Source: Eledone cirrhosa (lineage: Eukaryota). From it: a stretch of 63,956 nucleotides of DNA. This document shows, piece by piece, positions 16,055-30,176 of this stretch; position 1 is the first letter of the stretch, and the number at the start of each line of letters is the position of its first letter. The notes beneath the pieces were generated by a model. It saw nothing but the letters and a program-made list of their open reading frames with translations, made no database searches and was not told the origin of the DNA. The translations under genes were made by a program, and so were the position numbers. The stretch covers positions 10,850,001 to 10,913,956 of the forward strand of contig OZ024766.1 of assembly GCA_964016885.1 (NCBI GenBank), given 5' to 3'.

Positions 16055-18065
16055 CTTTGAATAACTTTGAATAACTTTGAAATGTTTTGGCCAGTATTGG
16101 CCCAGGCCATGTCTAACTTAATAGCACCACCTGGCGAAGTCTTTCAATTCAGGATTTGGGCACCATGGCCCATTCGAGAAGAGAATTACTGTTTGCGGAG
16201 ACATATCCGGGTGTGGGTGGTTTGTCCGGGATTACTTGGAGGAATTTGTCCAAAGACTTCTTGAATTTTGTGTGGTCAGTTTCTGTTTTGACGTGTCCTG
16301 GTGTGATGTTGAAGAGAGCAGGGCCGATTGAGGTGAAATAATTGTGCCGTATTGTTGTTATGAGTTGCGATTTAGATTTTTGAATGGGACGGATAGCACG
16401 GGGCCCAAGCCTTGGGTGTATCTTGAAGGCGATGCCAACATCATTTGGGCAGTGATGATGGAACATTTTCCACATCATGCAGATAATATAACGCTCACGG
16501 CGACGTTGGAGTGAGTAAAGTTTCAGGTTTTCCAATCGACCCCAGTAGTCAAGGTCTGACATGCCATCTATCTTTTTCGTAATTGCCCTTTGAGGAGCTT
16601 CAAGTTTCATGATACTTTGTTTCGTGTGGGGAGACCACAGTGGACAACAGTATTCAAGGTGTGGTCGGGCGAAAGTAGAGAAGAGAAGGATAATGGTGCG
16701 GGAATCTCTCGACTGGAAGGTTCTGAGGATCCAGGAACACATTCTGCGGGCCATGTCAACTTTGCTGCTTATATGCGTGGTCCAGCTTATGTTGCTGTCC
16801 ACGGTTACTCCCAAGTCTCTGATGTTGTTAGATGCCACGAGAGTTTCCCCGGAGGGAAGGGAGTACGGGAGTTTCAGAGCATCCTCTTTTCCAAAGTGGA
16901 TCAGTTCGAATTTGTCTTCGTTCAGTAACATGTTGTTCTTTTCTGCCCATTGGGTAACGGCCAGTAGGTCTGACTGAAGGCTTATCCGGTCATCCACGCC
17001 ATTGATGACCTTTTGGAGCTTGGAATCATCAGCGAAAATTTTAATGTTGCTGTGTTTGATGATGTCAGTGATGTCATTAATATAGATGATGAAGAGAAGT
17101 GGGCCCAACACAGTGCCTTGTGGGACTCCACTACTGACTTTGGCTGGGCTTGATTTGACTCCCTCAACTACAACATGTTGGGTTCTGTTTGACAGGAAGC
17201 TCTTGATCCACTGCAGCAGCTTTCCAGTGACACCAATATTGGACAGCTTTCTCAGTAGAATGTTATGATCAACCCTGTCAAAGGCCTTGCTGAAATCAAG
17301 GTAGATAACATCAGTGTTGGAACCCTCTCCCAAGGCTCTCAAAATGTCATCAAAGTGATGCAGTAGTTGCGTCAGGCAATCCCTTCCATTACGGAATCCA
17401 TGCTGGTTGGAGTTCAGCATATTGTTACTCTCAAGGAAGTGGGTCATTCGCGATCTCACCACTCGCTCAAATACCTTAATGATATGAGAGGTGAGTGAGA
17501 TTGGACGGTAATTCACGGCAAGGGATTTGTTTCCCTTTTTGAAAACTGGGACAACAGACTGGGATAGAAGGTTTTCTGGCACATATCCAGCATCCAGTGA
17601 GTTCCGCCACAGATTGGCAAGAGGAGAAGCAAGTTGGTGTTGACACGCCTTCAAGACACAAGCAGGGAACCTATCGGGACCTACTGCTGAATTATGCTTG
17701 ATTTCCTTTATTGCCGCCAAGACATCAGGGGCGCCAAACGTTATGTCCGATAAGGTGTAATGGGGAGTAACATCGCCGATACAGCCCAGATCGGCCATAT
17801 CAGGATTGCTGAAAACAGAGCAGTATTGTTTCTGCAGTATCTCACCCATGGTTTTAGCATTGTCTTGAAGAGTGCCATTTTCATCAATTAGAGGGCCAAC
17901 AGTAGAGCCAGTGATTTTGTGTTTTTTTGCAAATGAAAAGAACACTTTGGGATTGAGTTTGATCTTCTCAATGGCCCAGGCCTCTTCAGCTCTTCTCTGA
18001 TTGTTGATGAGGGACATTATGTTGTTTTGGAGGTTATGTTTTTTAATCTCTAGTGATGAAATGGC
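16052..18065 (-). mobile_element. 5'-truncated CR1-clade non-LTR retrotransposon inserted in (TA)n
   Basis: RT ORF, short 3' UTR and a tail of (TTCAAAGTTA)x3 at 16052-16081. Both ends abut TA microsatellite. Confidence 0.93.
16149..18065 (-). CDS. LINE ORF2 reverse transcriptase (partial, 638 aa open, no endonuclease domain)
   Basis: Motifs [52 protein letters not shown] and RPHLEYC..WSP, typical of CR1/L2-group RTs. The ORF-track N-terminal extension to 18788 is microsatellite. Confidence 0.93.
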   Translation of the reverse strand, partial: AISSLEIKKHNLQNNIMSLINNQRRAEEAWAIEKIKLNPKVFFSFAKKHKITGSTVGPLIDENGTLQDNAKTMGEILQKQYCSVFSNPDMADLGCIGDVTPHYTLSDITFGAPDVLAAIKEIKHNSAVGPDRFPACVLKACQHQLASPLANLWRNSLDAGYVPENLLSQSVVPVFKKGNKSLAVNYRPISLTSHIIKVFERVVRSRMTHFLESNNMLNSNQHGFRNGRDCLTQLLHHFDDILRALGEGSNTDVIYLDFSKAFDRVDHNILLRKLSNIGVTGKLLQWIKSFLSNRTQHVVVEGVKSSPAKVSSGVPQGTVLGPLLFIIYINDITDIIKHSNIKIFADDSKLQKVINGVDDRISLQSDLLAVTQWAEKNNMLLNEDKFELIHFGKEDALKLPYSLPSGETLVASNNIRDLGVTVDSNISWTTHISSKVDMARRMCSWILRTFQSRDSRTIILLFSTFARPHLEYCCPLWSPHTKQSIMKLEAPQRAITKKIDGMSDLDYWGRLENLKLYSLQRRRERYIICMMWKMFHHHCPNDVGIAFKIHPRLGPRAIRPIQKSKSQLITTIRHNYFTSIGPALFNITPGHVKTETDHTKFKKSLDKFLQVIPDKPPTPGYVSANSNSLLEWAMVPKS

Positions 18066-18291
18066 ATATATATATATATACATGTATATATGTACATGCA
18101 TGTATATATATGCATGTATATATATATATAGATATATATATGTATATGCATGTATATATATGCATATAGATATATATATATGTATATGCATGTATATATA
18201 TGCATGTATATATAGATGTATATATATGTATATGCATGTATATACATGTATATATATATATATATAAAAATATATATATATATATATATGC

Positions 18292-18330
<39 letters not shown>

Positions 18331-18399
18331 CATGTATATACATGTATATATATATATATATAAAAATATATATATATAAAAATATATATATATATATGC

Positions 18400-18508
<109 letters not shown>

Positions 18509-18621
18509 TGTAAATATATATATATACATGCATATACATATATACACATGCATATACATATATATATATATAAATATATATATATATACATGTATATATA
18601 TATACATGCATATATACATGC

Positions 18622-18670
<49 letters not shown>

Positions 18671-18709
18671 GTAGATGCATGTATATATATATATATATAC
18701 ATACCATGC

Positions 18710-18778
<69 letters not shown>

Positions 18779-18813
18779 GTAGATGCATGTATATATATAT
18801 ATATATTCACACA

Positions 18814-18918
18814 CAGGGTGCTCCAAAAATTCTATTCACACATTGATTACCCGTGCAGGCAATAATATTTATTAGACAACTGTTGAAGTGTGTATACATT
18901 TTTGGGAGGGACACCCTG
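18814..18918. mobile_element. Tc1/mariner-type MITE remnant
   Basis: Imperfect TIRs CAGGGTG..ctccaaaaat / atttttgggagggaCACCCTG followed by TA. Another TIR-like end at ~19398-19430. Confidence 0.55.
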
Positions 18919-19036
18919 TAATATATATATAATATATCAGGTAAATTTTTTTTTTTCGTTTGGCAGCCTCGACAATGCAAATGGGTAACTCTCCGGGTAA
19001 CAAGATCCGGTGGTGGAGAGAGAGATGTAAGTGGGT

Positions 19037-19218
19037 GTACGTTGAGATGCGTGGTGTGTATAAGACGTGTAGAGGAATGAAGGAAAGAGCGTAAAGGATA
19101 AAATAAAAATAACAACACGAGAGAGAGTACGTTGAGATGCGTGGCGTGTATAAGACGTGTAGAGGAATGAAGGAAAGAGCGTAAAGGATAAAATAAAAAT
19201 AACAACACGAGAGAGAGT
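19037..19218. repeat. 90-bp tandem duplication
   Basis: gtacgttgagatgcgtgg...aacaacacgagagagagt present twice. Confidence 0.9.
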
Positions 19219-19499
19219 TACCTTGGGAGAGATTTAATTGTCCCTATATATTTCGGATTCACATCCATCAACTGGGAGTTTTTTCCGGGGTGGGGGAAAG
19301 GTTGTCTGTCGGAAAGGTACGAAACGCGTCCTCCGCTGTTCGTTGTTTTGAATATCTATATATATTATAGATATTCAAATAATATATATATATATATTAC
19401 AAGTTGTCCCTCCAAAAAATACACTTTTCTAAAAAAATATATCATACACAAAACGCCAACATGAACAAGTATCCAATGGACCTGTTATTTTTCTACTAA

Positions 19500-19682
19500 A
19501 AACAATGTTTCCAATTCCACTCACCCATCCCCTCAATCTATCTTATTTCTCATTCTTTCTTCTGGCGAAGGACTAGCGTCCGAAACGTTAAGACACTCTT
19601 CCTGCTATTTCAAGTGTTAACCTAATATATTCATTTCATGTACTGTACCGATTGTGTTGTTATTTCTGTTTAACTTTGACAT
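19500..19682 (+). mobile_element. Family L old element with decayed minimal hammerhead (19558-19593)
   Basis: tctt-CTGGCGA-a-ggac tagc gtcc-GAAACGTT-aaga (A6G core change). Homologous to 27020-27265 and 60190-60320. Confidence 0.65.
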
Positions 19683-19689
19683 ACACACA

Positions 19690-22600
19690 CACTACACCAC
19701 AGCTAACACCCATACATACCACGAAATATCACACCACACCACACCACCACATACTACGCCACACCACACCACACCACATACTACACTACACCACGCCACG
19801 CCATCACACCACCACATACTACACCACACCACACCGCATCAGGCCACACCAAACTACACTACACCACGCCACGCCACCACACCACCACATACTACGCCAC
19901 ACCACACCAGGCCACACCAAACTACACTACACCACGCCACGCCACCACACCACCACATAGTACGCCACACCACACCACACCACATACTACGCCATAGCAC
20001 ACCACACCAAACCAAACACCACCACACCACAGCAAACAACACCACACCACACTGTCACACACCACACCACAGCAAACAACACCACACCACACCACACCAA
20101 ACACCACCACACCACACCACAGCAAACAACACCACACCACAGCAAACAACACCACACCACAGCAAACACACCACACCACACCACACCACCACACAACACC
20201 ACCGCACCACACCACACCACACCACACCACCACCACACCACACCACACCACACCACCACACCACCACACCACACCACACCACACCACCACACCACACCAC
20301 CACACCACACCACCACACCACACCACACCACCACACAACACCACCGCACCACACCACACCACACCACACTACACCACCACACAACACCACCGCACCACAC
20401 CACACCACACTACACCACACCACCACACCACACCACACCACCACACCACACCACCACACCACACCACACCACCACACCACCACACCACACCACACCACAC
20501 CACACCACCACACCACACCACCACACCACACCACCACACCACACCACACCACACCACCACACCACCACACACCACCACACCACACGACACCACACTACAC
20601 CACACCACCACACCACCACACCACCACACCACACCACACCACACCACACCACACCACACCACACCACACCACACCACAGCAAACACCACCACACCACACC
20701 ACCACACCACACCACCACACCACACCACACCACACCGCACCACCACAAACCACCACACCACACCACACCACACCACCACACCACACCACCACACCACCAC
20801 ACCACCACATCACAACACACCACACCACCACACCACACCACACCACACCACACCACACCACCACACCACCACACCACACACCACCACATCACACCACCAC
20901 ACCACACCACACCACCACACCACACCACCACACCACACCACACCACCACACCACACCCCACCACACCACACCACCACCACCACACCACCACACCACACCA
21001 CCACACCACACCACCACACCACACCACCACACCACACCACACACCACCACACCACCACACCACACCACACCACCACACCACCACACCACACCACCACACC
21101 ACACCACCACACCACCACACCACACCACACCACCACACCACACCACACCACCACACCACACCACCACACCACACCACCACACCACCACACCACACCACAC
21201 CACACCACACCACACCACACCACCACACCACACCACACCACCACACCACACCACCACACCACACCACACCACCACACCACCACACCACACTACACCACCA
21301 CACCACAGCACACCACCACACCACACCGCACCACACCACCACACCAGACCACCACACCACCACACCACACCACACCACACCACCACACCACACTACCACA
21401 TCACATCACACCACACCACACCACACCACCACCACACCCACCACCACACCACACCACCACACCACCACACCACACCACACCACACCACCACACCACACAC
21501 CACACCACACCACACCACACACCACACCACCACACCACACCACACCACCACACCACACCACCACACCACACCACACCACCACACCACACCACCACACCAC
21601 ACCACACCACACCACACCACCACACCACACCACACCCACCACCACACCACACCACACCACCACACCACACCACCACACCACACCACACCACACCACCACA
21701 CCACACCACCACACCACACCACACCACACCACACCACACCACCACACCACACCACACCATCACACCACACCACAACACCCACACCACCACCACACCACAC
21801 CCACCACCACACCACACCACACCCACACCACACCACCACACCACACCACCACACCACACCACCACACCACACCACACCACACCACACCACCACACCCACA
21901 CCACCACACCACACCACCACACCACACCACACCACCACACCACCACACCACACCACACCACCACACCACCCCACCACACCACCACACCACACCACACCAC
22001 ACCACCACACCACACCACACCACCACACCACACCACCACACCACCACCACCACACCACACCACACCACCACACCACACCACACCACCACACCACACCACC
22101 ACACCACACCACACCACACCACACCACACCACCACACCACACCACACCACCACACCACACCACACCACACCACCACACCACACCACCACACCACACCACC
22201 ACACCACACCACACCACACCACCACACCACCACACCACACCACACCACACCACACCACCACACCACACCACCACACCACACCACACCACCACACCACACC
22301 ACCACACCACCACACCACACCACACCACCACACCACACCACCACACCACACCACACCACACCACCACACCACCACACCACACCACCACACCACACCACAC
22401 CACCACACCACACCACACCACACCACCACACCACACCACACCACACCACACCACACCACCACACCACACCACACACACACCACACCACACCACACCACAC
22501 CACCACACCACACCACACCACACCACCACACCACACCACCACACCACACCACACCACCACACCACAGCACACCACCACCACACCGCACCACCACACCACA

Positions 22601-23735
22601 CCACACCACCACACCAGACCACCACACCACACCACCACACCACCACACCACCACACCACCACATCACATCACACCACACCACACCACCACACCACCACAC
22701 CACACCACCACACCACACCACACCACACCACCACACCACACCACACCACCACACCACACCACACCACACCACACCACCACACCACACCACACCACACCAC
22801 CACACCACACCACACCACACCACACCACCACACCACACCACCACACCACACCACACCACACCACCACACCACCACACCACACCACCACACCACACCACAC
22901 CACACCACACCACCACACCACCACACCACACCACACCACCACACCACACCACCACACCACACCACACCACACCACCACACCACACCACACCACCACACCA
23001 CACCACACCACCACACCACCACACCACACCACACCACACCACACCACCACACCACACCACACCACACACACCACCACACCACCACACCACACCACACCAC
23101 ACCACCACACCACACCACACCACACCACACCACCACACCACACCACACCACCACACCACACCACACCACCACACCACACCACACCACCACACCACACACC
23201 ACACACCACACCACACCACCACACCACACCACCACACCACACCACCACACCACACCACACCACCACACCACACCACACCACCACACCACACCACACCACC
23301 ACACCACACCACACCACACCACACCACACCACCACACCACACCACACCACACCACACCACACCACACCACACCACACCACACCACCACACCACACCACAC
23401 CACACCACCACACCACACCACACCACCACACCACACCACATCACACCACCACACCACACCACCACACCACACCACCACACCACACCACACCACACCACAG
23501 CACACCACACCACACCACACCACACCACACCACCACATTACACCACACCACACCACACCACACCACACCACACCACACCACACCACACCACACCACCACA
23601 CCACCACACCACACCACACCACCACACCACACCACACCACACCACCACACCACACCACACCAGACCACCACACCACACCACACCACCACACCACACCACA
23701 CCACACCACACCACCACACCACACCACACCACAGC
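19690..23735. repeat. ~4-kb irregular (CACCA/CAC)n array
   Basis: Almost purely A and C on the plus strand, with mixed 5- and 3-nt units. Confidence 0.95.
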
Positions 23736-24056
23736 AGTCACCCCGCACAAGAGAAGCGATAAATTAAGGTATGAACCATCCTTTAAATCGCCATTTTCGG
23801 ATAAATTACGGAAGAAGTCTGGGGGGAAATAGTGGGGGGGGGGGGGGGGGGTAGTGGGAGGGAGGGAGGGAGATTCACATAGCCATACAGACAAATACAC
23901 ACGTAGAGAGAGATAGAGAGATAGAGAGATAGAGATAGAGAGAGATAGAGAGATAGAGTGAGAGAGATAGAGATAGAGAGAGATAGAGATAGAGAGAGAT
24001 AAAGAGAGAGAGAGATAGAGTGATAGAGAGAGAGTGATATAGAGAGAGAGCGGGAG

Positions 24057-24128
<72 letters not shown>

Positions 24129-24494
24129 TGAGAGAGAGAGAAAGAAGGAGCGAGAGAGAGGGAGAGTGATAGATAGAGAGAGAGAGTGATAGATAGATAG
24201 AGATAGATAGATAGAGAGAGAGAGTGATAGATAGATAGAGAGAGATAGAGAGAGAGGGAGAGAGAGTGATAGAGATAGAGAGATAGAAAGAGAGAGAGAG
24301 TGATAGAGAGACATATACAGATAGAGATACACACACACACACGTAGACAGATAGAGGGAGAGAACCGCACGTACAGAGAGAGAGAGAGGTACACATACGT
24401 ATACAGATGGAGACAGAGATACATACGCACACACACATGCAAACACACAGGCATAAAGATACAGGGCTACAGGTACATACACAGAGATGGAGGA

Positions 24495-24537
<43 letters not shown>

Positions 24538-24636
24538 CATACACATATATATATACATACACACATATATATATATACATACACACATATATATATATAC
24601 ATACACACACATACACACATATATATATATATACAT

Positions 24637-24675
<39 letters not shown>

Positions 24676-24678
24676 CAT

Positions 24679-24717
<39 letters not shown>

Positions 24718-24748
24718 CATACACACACACACACATATATATATACAT

Positions 24749-24781
<33 letters not shown>

Positions 24782-24784
24782 CAT

Positions 24785-24825
<41 letters not shown>

Positions 24826-24878
24826 CACACACACACATATATACACACACACACACATACACACACACACACACACAT

Positions 24879-24960
<82 letters not shown>

Positions 24961-24964
<4 letters not shown>

Positions 24965-25145
24965 AGGGTTGACGGACCCAGTATATTTATCAATGCCAGT
25001 ACTGGTTGTATCTCAGCGTACTCCATGGGCAATGTAAGATACATTACCAGAGTACACACATAGTTATTTGCCTCAACACAACACACGTAAAACGGGTGCC
25101 TATAAGGTCCCCGGACTCGAGTTTCTGCCGCACTAATGCAGCAGT
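24961..25145 (-). mobile_element. 5'-truncated element carrying only the 3' half of a hammerhead
   Basis: Minus strand starts (TA)n-ctgctgca ttag tgcggca-GAAAC-TCGA-GTC. CUGANGA is absent. The ACTC/GAGT hairpin is at 25020-25053. Confidence 0.65.
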
Positions 25146-25159
25146 ATATATATATATAT

Positions 25160-25248
<89 letters not shown>

Positions 25249-25249
<1 letters not shown>

Positions 25250-25510
25250 TTTGGGAGGGTCATGTGGTGTGATATATTGCACACAAAAACAAGATGGCGT
25301 AAGACAGAACAAAGGAGAGGCACAAAAACAAAGAAGAGGTCACAGAATGTGTGACGAAAGAACTTTGACAATATATGAACAATCATCCGGTTGTGAAACC
25401 AACCAACCGGAAATTTATAAATTCTTAAATTTATAAATTTAATTTATAATAAATTGAAGTGAAAGCAACTGGTGCGTGTGTTTCTTATTGGCAACATGAC
25501 CCTCCCAAAG
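25249..25510. mobile_element. Element with perfect 17-bp inverted termini (MITE-like or inverted retro-insertion)
   Basis: ctttgggagggtcatgt (25249-25265) / acatgaccctcccaaag (25494-25510). About 70 nt of unique sequence follows on the right. Confidence 0.6.
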
Positions 25511-25575
25511 TATAACAATATCGGTTTCAACACACGATTTCAGATAAAGAATCTTGCTAAACAAATTCAGAAACG

Positions 25576-25633
<58 letters not shown>

Positions 25634-25665
25634 AGATCAAAAGATGGTTAAAGGAGTTCCATATA

Positions 25666-25732
25666 TTTTATTATGCGCATTTCAAAAACAAACATCATCA
25701 AGCAATAATATTTGTGTTTTCATCAGATAAAA
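25666..25732 (-). ncRNA. Type I hammerhead ribozyme (family A, mirror copy)
   Basis: Reverse complement of 25862-25928. Confidence 0.88.
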
Positions 25733-25861
25733 CAGGAGAACATGATATGAAGGCTAAAAAACACTTGTTGATAGTGCAGTTTTAAATCAACATATTTATA
25801 TGTTGATTTAAAACTGCACTATCAACAAGTGTTTTTTTAGCCTTCATATCATGTTCTCCTG

Positions 25862-25928
25862 TTTTATCTGATGAAAACACAAATATTATTGCTTGATGAT
25901 GTTTGTTTTTGAAATGCGCATAATAAAA
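25862..25928 (+). ncRNA. Type I hammerhead ribozyme (family A)
   Basis: [17 protein letters not shown] stem II (aaacacaaatattatt/gatgatgtttgttttt)-GAAAT-GCGC-ATA|ataaaa. Confidence 0.88.
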
Positions 25929-25960
25929 TATATGGAACTCCTTTAACCATCTTTTGATCT

Positions 25961-26261
<301 letters not shown>

Positions 26262-26310
26262 AATATATAAATATATATATAAATATATAAATATATATAT
26301 ATATATATAA

Positions 26311-26469
<159 letters not shown>

Positions 26470-26539
26470 AATATATATAAATATATATATATATATAAAT
26501 TCAAAATATTAATAAATATAGACATTCACGTAATCAAAA

Positions 26540-26609
26540 TATATTTTATTATACATATTTCGGAGGTACTGTGCTGTTTTTTCAGTACGTCCTCATCAGA
26601 TAACATATA
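26540..26609 (-). ncRNA. Type I hammerhead ribozyme (family B/C, mirror copy)
   Basis: Minus strand reads tatatgttat-CTGATGA-ggacgtactg..cagtacctcc-GAAAT-ATGT-ATA|ataaaatata. Confidence 0.83.
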
Positions 26610-26732
26610 TAAATTGATATATGACATAGCTCAACGGTGCTGATGGTTCAATTGAAGTCTTGGCAGCAATTTAACCATCACCATCTGCAAATGAACCATC
26701 AGCACAGTTGAGGTATGTCATACATCAATTTA

Positions 26733-26803
26733 TATATTTTATCTGATGAGGACGTACTGAAAAAAACAGCACAGTACCTCCGAAATATATATAGTAAAAT
26801 ATA
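26733..26803 (+). ncRNA. Type I hammerhead ribozyme (family B/C)
   Basis: tatattttat-CTGATGA-ggacgtactg..cagtacctcc-GAAAT-ATAT-ATA|gtaaaatata. Confidence 0.87.
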
Positions 26804-26942
26804 TTTTGATTACGTGAATGTCTATATTTATTAATATTTTGAATTAATATTAATAACTCCAGAAAACTCCCTGTCGAGTGCTTCTAATCTATTGTAAAAC
26901 TATATTCATTGGTTAATCAATGAACCTTGTTTAAATTTTGGT

Positions 26943-27001
<59 letters not shown>

Positions 27002-27019
27002 GGAGAGAGAGAGAGAAAT

Positions 27020-27265
27020 ACATACACTACCAGACCTACAAAAATATGTATGCAAATATTAAACGGAAACAACAGAGCAAACAACACAGCGCAAGGAGGA
27101 AATGTATTAGTTCAACGCTTGATATATTGGGAAAAGAGTCTTTATATTTCGGAATGAAGTCCTTTATCAAAGGATAGAATGAAAAATAAAAGATGAAATA
27201 GGATGATGGAGCTTGAGAAAAGGAAGAAACGATACATGTTTTGAGAAAAAGCACGTGTGCATTCA
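27020..27265 (-). mobile_element. Family L old element with decayed hammerhead (27139-27174)
   Basis: Minus strand TTGATAA-aggac ttca ttcc-GAAATATA-aagactc..tcaagcgttgaactaatac. Confidence 0.55.
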
Positions 27266-27327
<62 letters not shown>

Positions 27328-27547
27328 CGTTTCTGAATTTGTTTAGTAAGATTCTTTATATATACATACATAAATCATAAATATACATGGCTTTGGAGTT
27401 ACATACGAACACACAGACACCCATATATATATATATACACTCATATACACATACATAGCTATGTACGTACATACACACACACATATATATAGATATACAC
27501 ATATATACATACATAGCTATGTACGTACAAACACACAAACAAACACA

Positions 27548-27637
<90 letters not shown>

Positions 27638-27641
<4 letters not shown>

Positions 27642-27950
27642 TTCTAAACATTAACAAAATAGATATTCTTGTGATCAATTATATTTTATTATACATATTT
27701 CAGAGGTACTGAATTAAGCTCAACAGTACGTCCTCATCAGATAAAATACTCATCAAATAAAATACGTACTGCTGAACTTAACTCAGTACCTCTGAAATAT
27801 GTATAATAAAATATAATTGATCACAAGAATATCTATTTTGTTAATATTTGGAATTAATATAAATAACTCTGGAAAATATTTTCTGTTGAGTGCTTCCAAT
27901 CTATTGTAAAACTCATTCTTTGATGTATCCATTAAATCTTGTTTAACTCT

Positions 27951-27955
<5 letters not shown>
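27638..27955. mobile_element. Inverted-repeat element C (diverged relative of B)
   Basis: Same layout as B (short left arm, right arm with tail). The right arm starts inside stem II after a 16-nt junction duplication (27733-27748 / 27749-27764). Confidence 0.85.
27682..27748 (-). ncRNA. Type I hammerhead ribozyme (family B/C)
   Basis: tattttat-CTGATGA-ggacgtactg ttgagcttaatt cagtacctct-GAAAT-ATGT-ATA|ataaaata. The stem II loop differs from B while the stem is kept. Confidence 0.85.
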
Positions 27956-27988
<33 letters not shown>

Positions 27989-28171
27989 CGCCAGCAGATA
28001 ATATACAATTACGCAAACAAATGGAAGAGACAGCCGATACATAACACAATGTAGAAAATGACAGTTAGCAACTAGAGAAAATATATATACATATATATAT
28101 ACATACATACATACATACATACATACATACATACATACATACATACATACATACATACATACATACATACA

Positions 28172-28260
<89 letters not shown>

Positions 28261-28263
<3 letters not shown>

Positions 28264-28335
28264 GGCGTCAAATATGAAATTTGTAAATAAACTGTACTTT
28301 TTCTACAAATCTGTACTAATTTCAGACTTGACGAC
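28261..28335. mobile_element. Family I hairpin element
   Basis: cgtcaaatatgaaatttgta ... tactaatttcagacttgacg within (TA)n. Confidence 0.7.
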
Positions 28336-28340
28336 ATATA

Positions 28341-28401
<61 letters not shown>

Positions 28402-28442
28402 TTACATACCTCTATATACATATATATATATTTACATACCTT

Positions 28443-28521
<79 letters not shown>

Positions 28522-28601
28522 AGAGATATTAGCATTGGGGCAACATTTTAAATTCGACATGACACATTATATGAAAAGCGACCACTATATATCAACACAC
28601 A

Positions 28602-28687
<86 letters not shown>

Positions 28688-28716
28688 TTATGTATATAAA
28701 GGTATGTAAATATGTA

Positions 28717-28752
<36 letters not shown>

Positions 28753-28762
28753 TGTATGTATG

Positions 28763-28793
<31 letters not shown>

Positions 28794-28911
28794 GTATATA
28801 TATATGTATGTATATATATTTACTCTAGTTGTTAACTGTCATTTTCTACATTGTGTTATGTATCGGCTGTCTCTTCCATTTGTTTGCGTAATTGTATATT
28901 ATCTGCTGGCG

Positions 28912-28978
<67 letters not shown>

Positions 28979-29106
28979 AAAGTTATATTTAAATTGTTGG
29001 GTTAACAACGAGTAAATATTTATAACTGATATAAAAGCACTCAACAAGTATTTGGAGTATATTTATGATATTAAATAAATGGAAACTATATTTATAAAAC
29101 CATATT

Positions 29107-29172
29107 TATTTCGTTATATATATTTCAGGGATATCATATTAACAATATGTTATGCCATCTTCAGACAAAATA
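29107..29172 (-). ncRNA. Type I hammerhead ribozyme (family D, mirror copy)
   Basis: Reverse complement of 29272-29337. Confidence 0.83.
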
Positions 29173-29271
29173 CAATATAAACAGTCTTATAAATTTGGCA
29201 AATCAACCTCCCAAATGCAAGGTGATTGAAAGGTATGTCGTATCTATTTATTTATAAGACTGTTTATATTG

Positions 29272-29337
29272 TATTTTGTCTGAAGATGGCATAACATATT
29301 ATTAATATGATATCCCTGAAATATATATAACGAAATA
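29272..29337 (+). ncRNA. Type I hammerhead ribozyme (family D)
   Basis: tattttgt-CTGAAGA-tggcataacatatt att aatatgatatccct-GAAAT-ATAT-ATA|acgaaata. Confidence 0.83.
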
Positions 29338-29465
29338 AATATGGTTTTATAAATATAGTTTCCATTTATTTAATATCATAAATATACTCCAAATACTTGT
29401 TGAGTGCTTTTATATCAGTTATAAATATTTACTCGTTGTTAACCCAACAATTTAAATATAACTTT

Positions 29466-29523
<58 letters not shown>

Positions 29524-29538
29524 GTATATATGTGTATA

Positions 29539-29616
<78 letters not shown>

Positions 29617-29630
29617 TATTACATATATAC

Positions 29631-29733
<103 letters not shown>

Positions 29734-29748
29734 TATATACATATATAC

Positions 29749-29797
<49 letters not shown>

Positions 29798-29798
29798 C

Positions 29799-29873
<75 letters not shown>

Positions 29874-29888
29874 TATATACATATATAC

Positions 29889-29931
<43 letters not shown>

Positions 29932-29962
29932 TACATATATATATACATATATACATATATAT

Positions 29963-30023
<61 letters not shown>

Positions 30024-30027
<4 letters not shown>

Positions 30028-30172
30028 AGAGTTAAACAAGATTCAATGGACACATCAAAGGATGAGTTTTACAATAGATTGGAAGCATTCTACAGTAAAT
30101 ATTTTCCAGAGTTATTAATATTAATTCCAAATATTAACAAAATAGATATTCTTGTGATCAATTATATTTTAT
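30024..30172 (-). mobile_element. 3' fragment of family C
   Basis: Reverse complement of ~27806-27954 with several substitutions. Confidence 0.85.
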
Positions 30173-30176
30173 AATT

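Larger units (their letters stand above)
26498..26946. mobile_element. Inverted-repeat element B (arms 26498-26657 / 26685-26845, plus ~100-nt tail on the right arm)
   Basis: Arms are reverse complements with scattered mismatches. Hammerhead in both arms, flanked by (TA)n. Confidence 0.88.
28977..29467. mobile_element. Palindromic element D (218-bp arms, 55-nt spacer) with a hammerhead on each strand
   Basis: 28977-29194 is the reverse complement of 29250-29467, with one mismatch seen. Flanked by (TA)n. Confidence 0.9.

Noticed and set aside
19654-23832. 1392-aa His/Thr/Pro ORF and antisense Val/Trp/Cys/Gly ORFs
   Set aside because: The (CACCA)n array is open in almost all frames and shows no codon structure.
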